DNA from: Nitrosopumilus sp.
GTDB taxonomy: Archaea; Thermoproteota; Nitrososphaeria; Nitrososphaerales; Nitrosopumilaceae
Reading direction: 5' to 3'
Assembly (NCBI GenBank): GCA_965218785.1
Contig: OZ244650.1
Span: forward strand, 1,408,001-1,472,000
DNA: 64,000 nucleotides
How positions within the stretch are numbered: position 1 is the first letter of the stretch; the number at the start of each line of letters is the position of its first letter. Below, in pieces: positions 31,439 to 40,910 of this stretch. Both the position numbers and the translations under genes were made by a program. The notes beneath the pieces are model-generated. The model searched no databases, had not been told where the DNA came from, and saw nothing but the letters and a program-made list of their open reading frames with translations.

Positions 31439-31612
31439 ATGGTAGGACCGCAAGATGGGGGTTTTGGATTTGATCAGTCTAAAAAATATACGAACGTCGA
31501 TAACATTGAGGAGGTCTGTGTACAGTGCCAGGCAGGCCAGCACAAAAAATGTTTGAAAAAGGCAATGCAGCAAAAAGACTGTGAATGTGAGCACTGTATG
31601 ATTTACGGCTAG
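31439..31612 (+). CDS. Small Cys-rich metal-binding protein (57 aa; below the ORF-track cut-off)
   Basis: MVGPQDGGFGFDQSKKYTNVDNIEEVCVQCQAGQHKKCLKKAMQQKDCECEHCMIYG. Confidence 0.65.
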   Translation: MVGPQDGGFGFDQSKKYTNVDNIEEVCVQCQAGQHKKCLKKAMQQKDCECEHCMIYG

Positions 31613-31878
31613 ATAAAAGATGATCACCGAATCATGAGATGGTGTGCTCTGATGGTTTCAAACCGGGTTGTTGTTCCAGTGCATGTTTTGCCAAAAAGAT
31701 ACGGCGCACGCCTTAGGACGACATAGATGCTGACAGGATATACAGACCGATAAAGTAATGTCGCAGAATTATAAAAAATGAAATGCGGCAGCAAAAAGAT
31801 CGGATATTATCACATATGCCATCCACAGATGAAGGTGGAGGATGTCGGATCAGGGAATAAATGTAAAGGATTTGAAGG

Positions 31879-32211
31879 CTAGAGTCCAGATAACTTGTTT
31901 TCAAGATCCCGAATCTCCTTTTGGGACATCTCAGAAACATTTTGAGAAAATTCCTTGTGTGCTGAAATAATTCCAGTCAGTGCATCCTTGTAATCCGGAT
32001 GGCCCTTTTTTATCACGTCGCATGAATCAAGGGATGTAATGTGTCCCGTTACAGTCGCAGTCGCACCCTTTTGATGGAATTGTACAATTCCGCCAAACGC
32101 CTCAATTAGCATGTAGGCAGATTCCGTCTTGCATTTGTAGGTGACACGACCAGTTTCTGTGTTGAAGAGCTGCGTGATGCCTCCGGGTTTTCTTGTTACA
32201 ACAACGGTCAT
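31879..32211 (-). CDS. Hypothetical protein
   Basis: 110-aa ORF with an ATG start, co-oriented with the ferritin gene. Confidence 0.6.
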   Translation of the reverse strand: MTVVVTRKPGGITQLFNTETGRVTYKCKTESAYMLIEAFGGIVQFHQKGATATVTGHITSLDSCDVIKKGHPDYKDALTGIISAHKEFSQNVSEMSQKEIRDLENKLSGL

Positions 32212-32255
32212 GAAATGATTTAAAACATCCGGTATTAATTATTTTAGAAGACCCA

Positions 32256-32774
32256 TTATGCGGCAGGCTCTTCTGCCGCTGCGACAGACTCTGCTGCAAG
32301 AATTTTGTCGATCTCATTTATTGCTAGTTTGTCCCGTCCAATCAGATCAAACTTTTGCAGGATCGTTTCAAATTTTGTCTCTTCTTGAACCTGTTCGTTT
32401 ACAAACCATTCTAGGAATGCATATGTAGAGTGATCCCTTTCCTTTTGTGCGATATCTACCATCACGTGGATTGCCTGTGTCACTGCCTGCTCGCTTTTTA
32501 GTGCAGTCTTGATTAATCCCTCAAGTGACTTGTATGAATCCGTAGGGGATTTGGTAGCTGGAATTGCCGCCCCGGCTCCCATGGCGTTTAGATAATGAAC
32601 CACCTTGAGCATGTGGGCTCGTTCCTCGTCGGACTGGGCATAAAAATAGTCAGCCCCGCCCTGATAGCCCGTCATTTCACACCATGATGCCATTGCAAGA
32701 TAGCTGCTCGAAGCTGTGGCCTCTAGTGCCACCTGGTCATTTAATGCCTTTGTCATTTTTGCAGAAAGTTTCAT
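32256..32774 (-). CDS. Ferritin (non-heme)
   Basis: 'LNDQVALE...SYLAMA', 'EERAH', 'FLEWFVNEQVQEE'. Start placed at MKLSA. Confidence 0.93.
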   Translation of the reverse strand: MKLSAKMTKALNDQVALEATASSSYLAMASWCEMTGYQGGADYFYAQSDEERAHMLKVVHYLNAMGAGAAIPATKSPTDSYKSLEGLIKTALKSEQAVTQAIHVMVDIAQKERDHSTYAFLEWFVNEQVQEETKFETILQKFDLIGRDKLAINEIDKILAAESVAAAEEPAA

Positions 32775-33166
32775 GATTACAAGTAGAATCAGCTTATTAA
32801 AAAGAATACCGCGAATCCCTATAAAACAGCATTCCTGCAATACTCAATCTTCATCAGGACGGAGGGCCGGGCGTCTTCTCAGGATGCCTTCCTGTGGCTG
32901 GCCGGAAATTAAAGATTGTAATGACGGACGCTATAAGGAGGGATAAGACGGTTGTAAAACCATAGTTCCTCAAGATTGTTTTTGAATTCAAGGATTATTA
33001 ATGCCACCAACTCAATTACAAGCAGAAAGACGACGTAGAATGAAATTTCGTACGTATTTTTGCCTCATTTTTGGCAAGGATCAACCCGACTGTCCTGCCA
33101 ATCCACAGATCCGGCAGTCTGTAAAGCAAGATATCTTTTCATTTACGACGGGAATCCTTTTGAAAT

Positions 33167-33538
33167 CTAAACGGGGTTGACGTTCCAGGATTCATCAACC
33201 CAGACACCCACCACCTTTACACCCAGACCCCATGAGGAGATTACATCAACGCCCTTTCTGATAAATTCAATGTGTTCATCACTGGAGACAGGATTTGCCG
33301 CACAGTTATGATGTCCGGAGAAGACGATCAGCTCTGATCCGTGCGCATGAATTGATATTCTGGATTTGGCTTTGACCGAGTCAGATATCTGGTCCCTTGT
33401 GATGTTCTTATCCACGCCTGGTTCTGTGATTGCATCCACATAGTCAACAGAGTAGTTTTTCTTAATCCAGTCTGCTAGCGGAATCTGTATCCGTCCATCC
33501 ATGCATGAGACAGAGGTTGCAAATTTGTATTCAGACAT
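33167..33538 (-). CDS. Beta-carbonic-anhydrase-like protein
   Basis: Zn-ligand motifs 'CMDGR' and 'HHNCA'. Start placed at MSEYK. Confidence 0.75.
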   Translation of the reverse strand: MSEYKFATSVSCMDGRIQIPLADWIKKNYSVDYVDAITEPGVDKNITRDQISDSVKAKSRISIHAHGSELIVFSGHHNCAANPVSSDEHIEFIRKGVDVISSWGLGVKVVGVWVDESWNVNPV

Positions 33539-33567
33539 GAATTGGGATGGTTCTCCTAGTTTAAAAA

Positions 33568-34131
33568 TTATTTTCGATGCAGAAAACACCCTGATGTATG
33601 GTCATTTACCATGCCTGTTGCCTGCATGAGTGCATAGCAGATTACGGGACCAACAAAGCTAAATCCGCGCTTTTTCAGATCCCGGCTCAGTTTTTCTGAA
33701 ATTTCAGTCGATGCAGGCAGGTCTGCAGGTCTTTTGAAGCTGTTTCTGATCGGTCTGTATCCTACGAATCCCCACAAATACTCATCAAACGAGCCAAACT
33801 CCTCCTGAATTTTGAGAAACTGCCTTGCGTTGTTTATGGCCGAGGTTATTTTGAGTCTGTTTCTAATAATGGAGTTGTTCTGGAGTAGTTTTTCTATGTG
33901 TTTCTGGGTATATCTTGAGACTCTTCTTGGATTAAAATCGGCAAAGGCAGTCCTGTAGCTGTCTCTTCGTTTGAGAATAGTAGTCCAGGAAAGACCGGCC
34001 TGTGCTCCTTCTAGTATCAGGAATTCAAAGAGTTTTTGATCGTCGTGTTGTGGACGTCCCCATTCATCATCATGATACGTGATGTTTGGCTCGTCCTTTG
34101 CCCACTGGCACCGTTTTTTCATGGTTTGCAT
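33568..34131 (-). CDS. tag: DNA-3-methyladenine glycosylase I
   Basis: 'RCQW', 'YHDDEWG', 'LEGAQAGLSW', 'IIRNRLKI', 'GF.FVGP', 'NDH...C'. Confidence 0.94.
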   Translation of the reverse strand: MQTMKKRCQWAKDEPNITYHDDEWGRPQHDDQKLFEFLILEGAQAGLSWTTILKRRDSYRTAFADFNPRRVSRYTQKHIEKLLQNNSIIRNRLKITSAINNARQFLKIQEEFGSFDEYLWGFVGYRPIRNSFKRPADLPASTEISEKLSRDLKKRGFSFVGPVICYALMQATGMVNDHTSGCFLHRK

Positions 34132-34172
34132 CTTGCAATACAAAATATTAACCATCAGGCATTACCAGGATT

Positions 34173-34598
34173 ATGAAGTCAAACCAGCATCTGCTGCAGA
34201 TTAACAGGAATTTTCTAATATGCTTTGTCGCATCAGCCTCGCTGTCGGCAATAGCAGCACAGCTGCTCTCTGATTACGAGAATTATGTAAACACGACAGT
34301 CACCATAGTTATCGGATATGTGGTTTATTTTGGAATTTTTTCATGTCTGTTTTACTGGAATAACAAGGAACGCTACAGGACCATGAGGGGTGATTCAATC
34401 AAAAAAGAGCTGCTGGCACTAGTCTCATCGTTTGGAATAGGGGAGGTAATATATCTCGGAATAAGATGGCCCACACTGTACTATTTTCTCGAAGCCGGAA
34501 CAGAGCCATACGTCGCATCGCTGGTCTCGGAGATCATTGCAACTGCATGCTACATGATGACAGTTACGATATTTCTCAGAAAGACAAAGACCTTCTAG
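34173..34598 (+). CDS. Four-TM membrane protein (GtrA-like)
   Basis: Four hydrophobic helices in 141 aa. Confidence 0.6.
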   Translation: MKSNQHLLQINRNFLICFVASASLSAIAAQLLSDYENYVNTTVTIVIGYVVYFGIFSCLFYWNNKERYRTMRGDSIKKELLALVSSFGIGEVIYLGIRWPTLYYFLEAGTEPYVASLVSEIIATACYMMTVTIFLRKTKTF

Positions 34599-34997
34599 CT
34601 ATTTTGCAAGCTGGTTGACCAGATCGGTGGATGTAATAATCCCGATGACGATGCCGTTGTCAGTTACGGCAAGCTTTCGGATTTTCTTTGTACTCATCAT
34701 TTCTGCTGCGGCAGATATCGGAGCATCGCCATGAATCGTGATTAACGGGGATGACATTATTTTTTCAACCGGGGTGTCAAATGGGAGGTTCTTTGTGGCG
34801 ATTTTTGTGGCAAAATCCCTGTCAGTGATTATGCCATTTGGGATCTTGTCTGCCTTTACAAGAATTGCACCTATTCCTCCCTGTTCCATCATCATTGCAA
34901 TTTGATGGGCAGTGGTAGCTGGGTTTACAGTGATCAGCGCCCTAGTCATTATATCCCGGACTAGAATAGACGGGGTGTTGAAATCTTCACGGCTCAT
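34599..34997 (-). CDS. CBS domain protein
   Basis: 'VRDIMT', 'GIITDRD', 'VEKIMSSP', 'GIITSTDL'. Confidence 0.92.
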   Translation of the reverse strand: MSREDFNTPSILVRDIMTRALITVNPATTAHQIAMMMEQGGIGAILVKADKIPNGIITDRDFATKIATKNLPFDTPVEKIMSSPLITIHGDAPISAAAEMMSTKKIRKLAVTDNGIVIGIITSTDLVNQLAK

Positions 34998-35182
34998 TAC
35001 AGTAGTATCGAGTAATGATATTTAAGATATTCATGAAAAATTCAAGAGGCAGGCGAGTTGATGCCGTTTTGTGGGGAGATGCCACGCAGACGGGCATTTC
35101 ATCCTACGAGAATCTGCCATATTTGGCAGTGTCCAGACAGAACTTTTTTTGATGTGCTTTGCACAGATTCTATCTGAAATGA

Positions 35183-35398
35183 TCAGGTGGTGTTTCTTTT
35201 GGCATCGCCAATGCTTTGGACACGTCCGACCTGCCCGTCTTGCAGCCTGACCTTTATTCCGTGAGGGTGTGAATAACTTGAAGTCAGTATCTCACCTACA
35301 ATACCGTCTGTAAGGCTGCCGGTTCTTTGGTTCTCCTTGGTCACAATCAAGACAGAGTCGCCTTTTTTGATTTGCTCTCTGGTGGGTAGAATGGCCAT
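35183..35398 (-). CDS. YwbE (DUF2196) family protein
   Basis: 'KENQRTG.LT.G.V.EILT....HPHGIKVRL.DGQVGRV'. Confidence 0.88.
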   Translation of the reverse strand: MAILPTREQIKKGDSVLIVTKENQRTGSLTDGIVGEILTSSYSHPHGIKVRLQDGQVGRVQSIGDAKRNTT

Positions 35399-35537
35399 GG
35401 TTATTCAAGATGATTTTCAAATTTAAGTGATGGTTGTTCCACGTGTCATGTAGACTGATGGTGTATGCCGATCTTTGTATGAAAAGTAGGTCCGTCCAAC
35501 CCTAAAAACACAAATGTTGGGAAATAACTAAAGTGAC

Positions 35538-36275
35538 ATGTCGTTAGAAAAAACATATTCGGAAATTAAAAAAACGATTGCAGGCGGTTTGGAATTTGAA
35601 TCATTCAAGGTAGTCAAATCAGTTGACGAACATCGGAATTTTTGGAAGCCAGATAAAGTCAGAGTGTTGCTATTAGCAGAATCTCACGTATTTACCAGGG
35701 ATTCAGAGCACGACAGTACTATGCAATATGACATATTCCCAAAATTAAGGAGTGCCCCCACAGGATATGTGAAACTAGTCTATTGTCTTGGTTATGGGGA
35801 AGGAAATATTGCAAATATTCCAGCTAACAGGGGAACGCCGCAATTCTGGAAGATTTTTGTTTCATGTTTAAATCAAGATTTTGATTCAAAAAAAAAGAAA
35901 ATTCTAATCTCACAAACACCAGAGTTTTGTCAACGAATACGCAACAAGATATCAGTTTTAGAGCAGTTAAGAGAAAAAGGCATTTGGTTATTGGATGCAA
36001 GCATAGTGGCACTATACAACGACACGAGAAAGCCAGAACCGGGCATGATGGAAAAGATAATCAGAATTTCTTGGAGACATTACATATCAAAGATAATTCA
36101 AGATGCAAACCCCGAAAAAATCATAGTAATTGGCAAGGGAGTACACAAGATTCTTCAAGGGGAGTTAAGGCAGACACGCGTTCCAATTCATGTCCAGTTA
36201 CAGCCACAGGGAATCAGAACAAAGACAGGAATGGTCAAAGCCGCTGAGAGATACTACAAACTATGCAATAAATGA
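35538..36275 (+). CDS. Hypothetical protein, uracil-DNA-glycosylase-like fold suspected
   Basis: 'KVRVLLLAES', 'GIWLLDAS' and 'PEKIIVIGK' resemble the UDG-superfamily strand pattern. Confidence 0.5.
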   Translation: MSLEKTYSEIKKTIAGGLEFESFKVVKSVDEHRNFWKPDKVRVLLLAESHVFTRDSEHDSTMQYDIFPKLRSAPTGYVKLVYCLGYGEGNIANIPANRGTPQFWKIFVSCLNQDFDSKKKKILISQTPEFCQRIRNKISVLEQLREKGIWLLDASIVALYNDTRKPEPGMMEKIIRISWRHYISKIIQDANPEKIIVIGKGVHKILQGELRQTRVPIHVQLQPQGIRTKTGMVKAAERYYKLCNK

Positions 36276-36348
36276 GATTGCCACATCAGATGAACCATTA
36301 GTAACCGTTTGGTTTTTTTATTTCATCAAACCTAAAAGGGTCTAGTCA

Positions 36349-37332
36349 TCATCTGTATTCCCCACCACAGTCCCCAAGGACATCAAAGAGGTCATTTGAT
36401 TTTGCAGTGACAGAGTCAATCAATGCCATATCTTGCACGTCTAGTTTTACATCAAAGACTTTGCCATTGTCATCTCTGTGTTCTGAAATCCCCAGCCTTG
36501 CACCAATAATCACCCCTGCAACCTGTGGTTTGTCCAAAACAAAGCGTGTTGCAACATTTGCAATACTGCAATTGTGTTTTTGTGCGGTGTCACTTAACAC
36601 GGCTAACAACTCTTGGAACAACTGCCATCCGCCCCACACGTCAATCATATTTTTGTATTTTTGCAGGCTGGATGTAGTTAATTCACCCCTGTGTGGTTCG
36701 TCAACTCCGATGTATCTCTCAGAGAAAAATCCCCCAAGCAGCGTCCCATAAGACAGGATCTTTATTCCGTGTCTTGCAAAAAATGGGGCCATTACTTTGT
36801 CTGGTCTTTGATCCAAAATAGAATACTGGACCTGGTTGGATATTAGATCATATCCCTGCTCTTTCATGATTTTTACTCGTTCTGTATCAAAGTTTGTCAG
36901 TCCAATGTGCCTGATTTTATTCTCTTTTTGTAATTTTGAGAGGTTATTTAATGCATCAAGATAACGCACGTCATTGTAATCCCACCAGTGAAACTGGAGC
37001 AGATCAATACTGTCTGTCTTCATTTTTTGCAATGACTGCTCGATATGATAAGTTACGATGCTGCTGCTCATAGGACCTGGGTTGGGGACAAACTTTGTCA
37101 GCGCTTGAAAGTTATCGTTACCTGTTTTTTCCCTAAATTCTCCAATTAATGATTCTGCAGGACCGTAAATGTCTGCCAGGTCCCACGTGGTAAGTCCGGA
37201 TTCCTGATATCGTTTCATATCAGATACGGCCGATTCTGAATCAATCAGACCGTGACCGCCTGCAACCTGCCACATTCCGTTAAGAACTCTGGAGATCTCC
37301 AAATCGCCAAGGAGTGTTTTCTCAACTGTCAT
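36349..37332 (-). CDS. Aldo/keto reductase
   Basis: 'GMWQ', 'DLADIYG', 'DLLQFHWW', 'IGLTNF', 'NQVQYS'. Confidence 0.92.
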   Translation of the reverse strand: MTVEKTLLGDLEISRVLNGMWQVAGGHGLIDSESAVSDMKRYQESGLTTWDLADIYGPAESLIGEFREKTGNDNFQALTKFVPNPGPMSSSIVTYHIEQSLQKMKTDSIDLLQFHWWDYNDVRYLDALNNLSKLQKENKIRHIGLTNFDTERVKIMKEQGYDLISNQVQYSILDQRPDKVMAPFFARHGIKILSYGTLLGGFFSERYIGVDEPHRGELTTSSLQKYKNMIDVWGGWQLFQELLAVLSDTAQKHNCSIANVATRFVLDKPQVAGVIIGARLGISEHRDDNGKVFDVKLDVQDMALIDSVTAKSNDLFDVLGDCGGEYR

Positions 37333-37999
37333 ATGAGAACACGGTTTTTCCTTAGGATATAGTTTGCTAGGATACTAAGCAAGACATGCAGAGCTGGAAT
37401 ATTTTGGATATTATAAAAAATGTAGGGTTATTTGCAAATAACAAACATGCAGATCAATTCAGAGCAGATGAACCCCTACTCTAAATAATTTGAGGAAGAT
37501 AATGGCATTAAATGAGCCGTACCCACATGAGCCCAAGGATCGCTAACTGGATCAGCTACCCGTTAGCCCAAGGGATTCGAGTACGGATGATTAGGTTATG
37601 TCAAACCAGTATAATAAATTGTTGGGGTATCCCCCTGGATGCGATCGTTTTTGCAGCAGGTGAGATTGCAAATGCGGTAAAGTTCGTAAGGGAGAAAAAT
37701 GACGAGATTACAGACAGGGTGAATAGAGGGTAATTACGATACATGTCAACACCGGCATTTTCACACCATGAAACATTTCATCTGAGTACGGTTGACCTGA
37801 AAAAAAATCATACAATCAAATACAAGAGGATGCACGATGTGTTTTAATTGGTACAGGCAAGCCACTAAGAGTATATGGTTGATCCGAATGTAGATACTGA
37901 TGTTATCATCAGATCGGGTCATCTTTCTGATCAAAATATTCATCTTGAAGATGATAATCTATTTTATTCCTTTAAGCACATGATCTTAGTTTGTCAAAT

Positions 38000-38392
38000 T
38001 TATACTAAATCATTCATTGTATTTCTAAAAAGATTATCAATTACTTCAATAGTTATATCTGAAACTTTATAGATATTTTCATTTGTAAAATTTGAAAATT
38101 CATTTCTAGAGATTATTTTTATTTGATCTGCTTCAACTAGCGATAATGTAAATATAACATAACTATACCTGATATTGTCAATTACTAGATGCAAACCTGT
38201 CATGCCTGTACCATTATTCCATCCTGTATGAACAGATTCTATTTTGCCGCCAGAAAGACATCCTGATTTTTCCATAAACATTTGATAAATTTTTTGCGCT
38301 TGAATATGATTAGGATATTTTGATTCAGTTTCTTTCCTCTCGATATATTCATTAATTTTTTGTTTTAATTCTTCACAATTATCTTCCAACAT
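38000..38392 (-). CDS. Hypothetical protein (AT-rich)
   Basis: 130-aa ORF with an ATG start inside an AT-rich stretch. Confidence 0.5.
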   Translation of the reverse strand: MLEDNCEELKQKINEYIERKETESKYPNHIQAQKIYQMFMEKSGCLSGGKIESVHTGWNNGTGMTGLHLVIDNIRYSYVIFTLSLVEADQIKIISRNEFSNFTNENIYKVSDITIEVIDNLFRNTMNDLV

Positions 38393-38561
38393 AATATCTT
38401 GTAACTTGTGGTATTTATTCTATTATTTGGCATGTTTTCAAATAGCAATATATCCTCTGACTTAATCTTATATTAGTAAATATTAGGAATTAAAAGTCAT
38501 GAACTACTATACATATTGCCATTAGTGTATAGATGAATATGGTCGACCTAGAAAATAATCA

Positions 38562-39515
38562 TCAAATCTTTCTTATTCGTTGAGATCTAGCTCCTGGTAT
38601 ATCAATTTTATATCTACCATCGCCCAATACCTCAAACCATTCCAACAACACCTGCACATTCCCAGCCAATTCTCGCCTACTTGGCACTGGAACATCTGTA
38701 CAATTATTCTGAATCCATTCCTTGATTCTTCCAAAGTACGCCTCTGGGGCTATAAACTCGTCAATCTTTTGGATAAACGGATGTACAAAAAACTTGATAG
38801 ACAGTTCCTGCAGAAATTCAGTCTCTGAAAGCCCTGTTGCAATCCCATAGTTTATCAGATCATAAAACACACATGCAGTAGTCTCAGGATTCTCCGAGGG
38901 ATTCTGACTAGAGCCAATTCTTTTGTATCCCAAAACCAGATCATCCACGCTACGGGTCATGGGTAATGCAGATATCAGAAAATTGTCACGTTTTGCCGCA
39001 GATACGATATCCTTCAAGTCAACCTGCTCTGGCGGTTTCACCTTGTTTGCCTCACTCCATTTTTCAAGCTCCTCATACATTACATCATCTACCAGTCTTG
39101 CTTCTTTTCGTATCTTCTCAAAATAGAATCGATCCTTGTTTGTCAGATATTCAATTAGTGTTGCTACCTCATAGTTGCCATCAGGTAAAAGCCCCCTATG
39201 TGAGATATTCCCGGTAGCAAGTATTGCACTGGCAAGACCCATGGAATACACCTTGAGATGCATGTCTTCACTCACATACAACGAAATATTCCGTTCCCTA
39301 CAGTACGGATACAGAGCAAGCTCAGATGATCCAAACTGGATGTCTCTTGGCTTCCATGTAGTGACTATTACAATTCTATTTTGTATATCTTTTAGTAATT
39401 TTTCCAACACCTTTGTCTTGACATACGGGACAAAAAGGAATATCGTCTCATCGGGATTATTCTCAAAGTATTTTCTGATGTGATCAAACAGAGGATTGTG
39501 ATAAATCTCGGTCAA
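38562..39515 (-). CDS. Phospholipase D-like (HKD variant) nuclease-domain protein
   Basis: 'FVPYV', 'MHLKVY', 'ATGNIS.RGL', 'NYE' fit a single HxK...GN PLD nuclease module, with the canonical Asp absent. The C-terminal domain is unknown. Confidence 0.72.
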   Translation of the reverse strand: MTEIYHNPLFDHIRKYFENNPDETIFLFVPYVKTKVLEKLLKDIQNRIVIVTTWKPRDIQFGSSELALYPYCRERNISLYVSEDMHLKVYSMGLASAILATGNISHRGLLPDGNYEVATLIEYLTNKDRFYFEKIRKEARLVDDVMYEELEKWSEANKVKPPEQVDLKDIVSAAKRDNFLISALPMTRSVDDLVLGYKRIGSSQNPSENPETTACVFYDLINYGIATGLSETEFLQELSIKFFVHPFIQKIDEFIAPEAYFGRIKEWIQNNCTDVPVPSRRELAGNVQVLLEWFEVLGDGRYKIDIPGARSQRIRKI

Positions 39516-39521
39516 TTCAAT

Positions 39522-40448
39522 TCATCCATAATTTGGAAATCTTTCCTTTATGTATCTGAATTGATCCCTTCCGTCTAGTTTCTCTGCCCTAGGAGTGGGG
39601 CCTCTCACATAGAATGTCTTTTGTTTTGAGGAATGAACATAAAGTGGCTGCTTTGAGGGCAATATCTGGATAATACAAATGATCTTGTCATCGATGTTCT
39701 TGAATCCTATCTGCAATTTGCTTGTGATGAACACTTTATCCTCTAACATATCCCCAAGCCTGTTTCGCATATTATTTGCAAACGAATCATCATAGTCTAG
39801 AAACCCTCCGAATTTCTTGTCTTTGTCCAGTCCTGCAATTGTGCCATCGGACTTTATTCCCAGATACACAAATCCTCCCTTGTAATCATTTCCAAAAGAA
39901 CATACTGCCGTAGCAAATCTCTCTAGCACAGAACGCTTTATGCCGTCTAAGGTTTGTCTATTTTCATTGGATGGTAATTCAGATAATTTTTCATCGTACT
40001 GATAAAATTCTTTAAATTCGTTGTACTTGTTCTCATTCTTTGGTATCTCTTTTTTGTCCAAATCTATGAATCGGGGGGCAGCTGTTCCTTTCATCACTTT
40101 GATATTTTTGACTTCTGTTTTTTGGCTCCATTCCTGATGGTTTTTTCTTCTGGTTTCAACAGCTTTTTTAGCTATATTCGACAGCTCTTCTTTTGATTTA
40201 GTTCGTATACCTATTGATTTATCTGAAATGGATTCGGTGGTATTTCCTTGGGTATCTTCAATGCTTTTGACGCGTCCGATCTGACCGTCCTGCAACCTAA
40301 CCATTATTCCGTGAGGATGTGAGCTACTCGAGGTCAAGATCTCACCAACTATGCCGCTTGTAAGGTTTTCAGTTCCCTGATTCTCCTTGGTCTCAATTGA
40401 AACATAATTGCTTTTTTTGATTTGTTCTCTAGTGGGCAAAACAACCAT
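39522..40448 (-). CDS. YwbE - Schlafen/AlbA_2 domain fusion protein
   Basis: Residues ~1-70 are a close paralogue of the YwbE at 35183-35398. The C-terminus has 'EN.YNEFKE', 'AVCSFGN..KGGFVYLGIKSDG' and 'FYVR', typical of AlbA_2. Confidence 0.8.
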   Translation of the reverse strand: MVVLPTREQIKKSNYVSIETKENQGTENLTSGIVGEILTSSSSHPHGIMVRLQDGQIGRVKSIEDTQGNTTESISDKSIGIRTKSKEELSNIAKKAVETRRKNHQEWSQKTEVKNIKVMKGTAAPRFIDLDKKEIPKNENKYNEFKEFYQYDEKLSELPSNENRQTLDGIKRSVLERFATAVCSFGNDYKGGFVYLGIKSDGTIAGLDKDKKFGGFLDYDDSFANNMRNRLGDMLEDKVFITSKLQIGFKNIDDKIICIIQILPSKQPLYVHSSKQKTFYVRGPTPRAEKLDGRDQFRYIKERFPNYG

Positions 40449-40910
40449 GATTATTCAAGATGATTTTCAAATTTAAGTGATGATTAATTCCATATGATAA
40501 TCTAATTGTCACGTATTGTTTATTTAGTGTGTGAGAAATCTGAAAGAAACATTTTCTAGATGATTATCAGATCGTGAGATCTGCGTATTTTTTATCAACG
40601 CTGAAATCTGATTTTTGGAACTTTAAGAAAAATACGTGCAGATATAGATACGGTGGTAGATGGTCGATATGTCAAGATACTGATATGTCACATATACTAT
40701 TTAACAAAGCATGCTCGAGTAGGGTGATGTGTCAATTCATAACACATCAATTCATGGCAATTAGATCCTGCCATGCTTATAATGATAAATATTTTACATG
40801 TTTCAATATACACAGTAATAAGATCGTTTTATTTTCGCATACAAAACCCAATCAATGAAATGGGTGATTCTCATATACTATATTAATAGGTATTATAGGT
40901 ATTTGATCTT

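Noticed and set aside
40574-40858. 94-aa ORF between the divergent operons
   Set aside because: Atypical composition and no motif; more likely shared promoter DNA.
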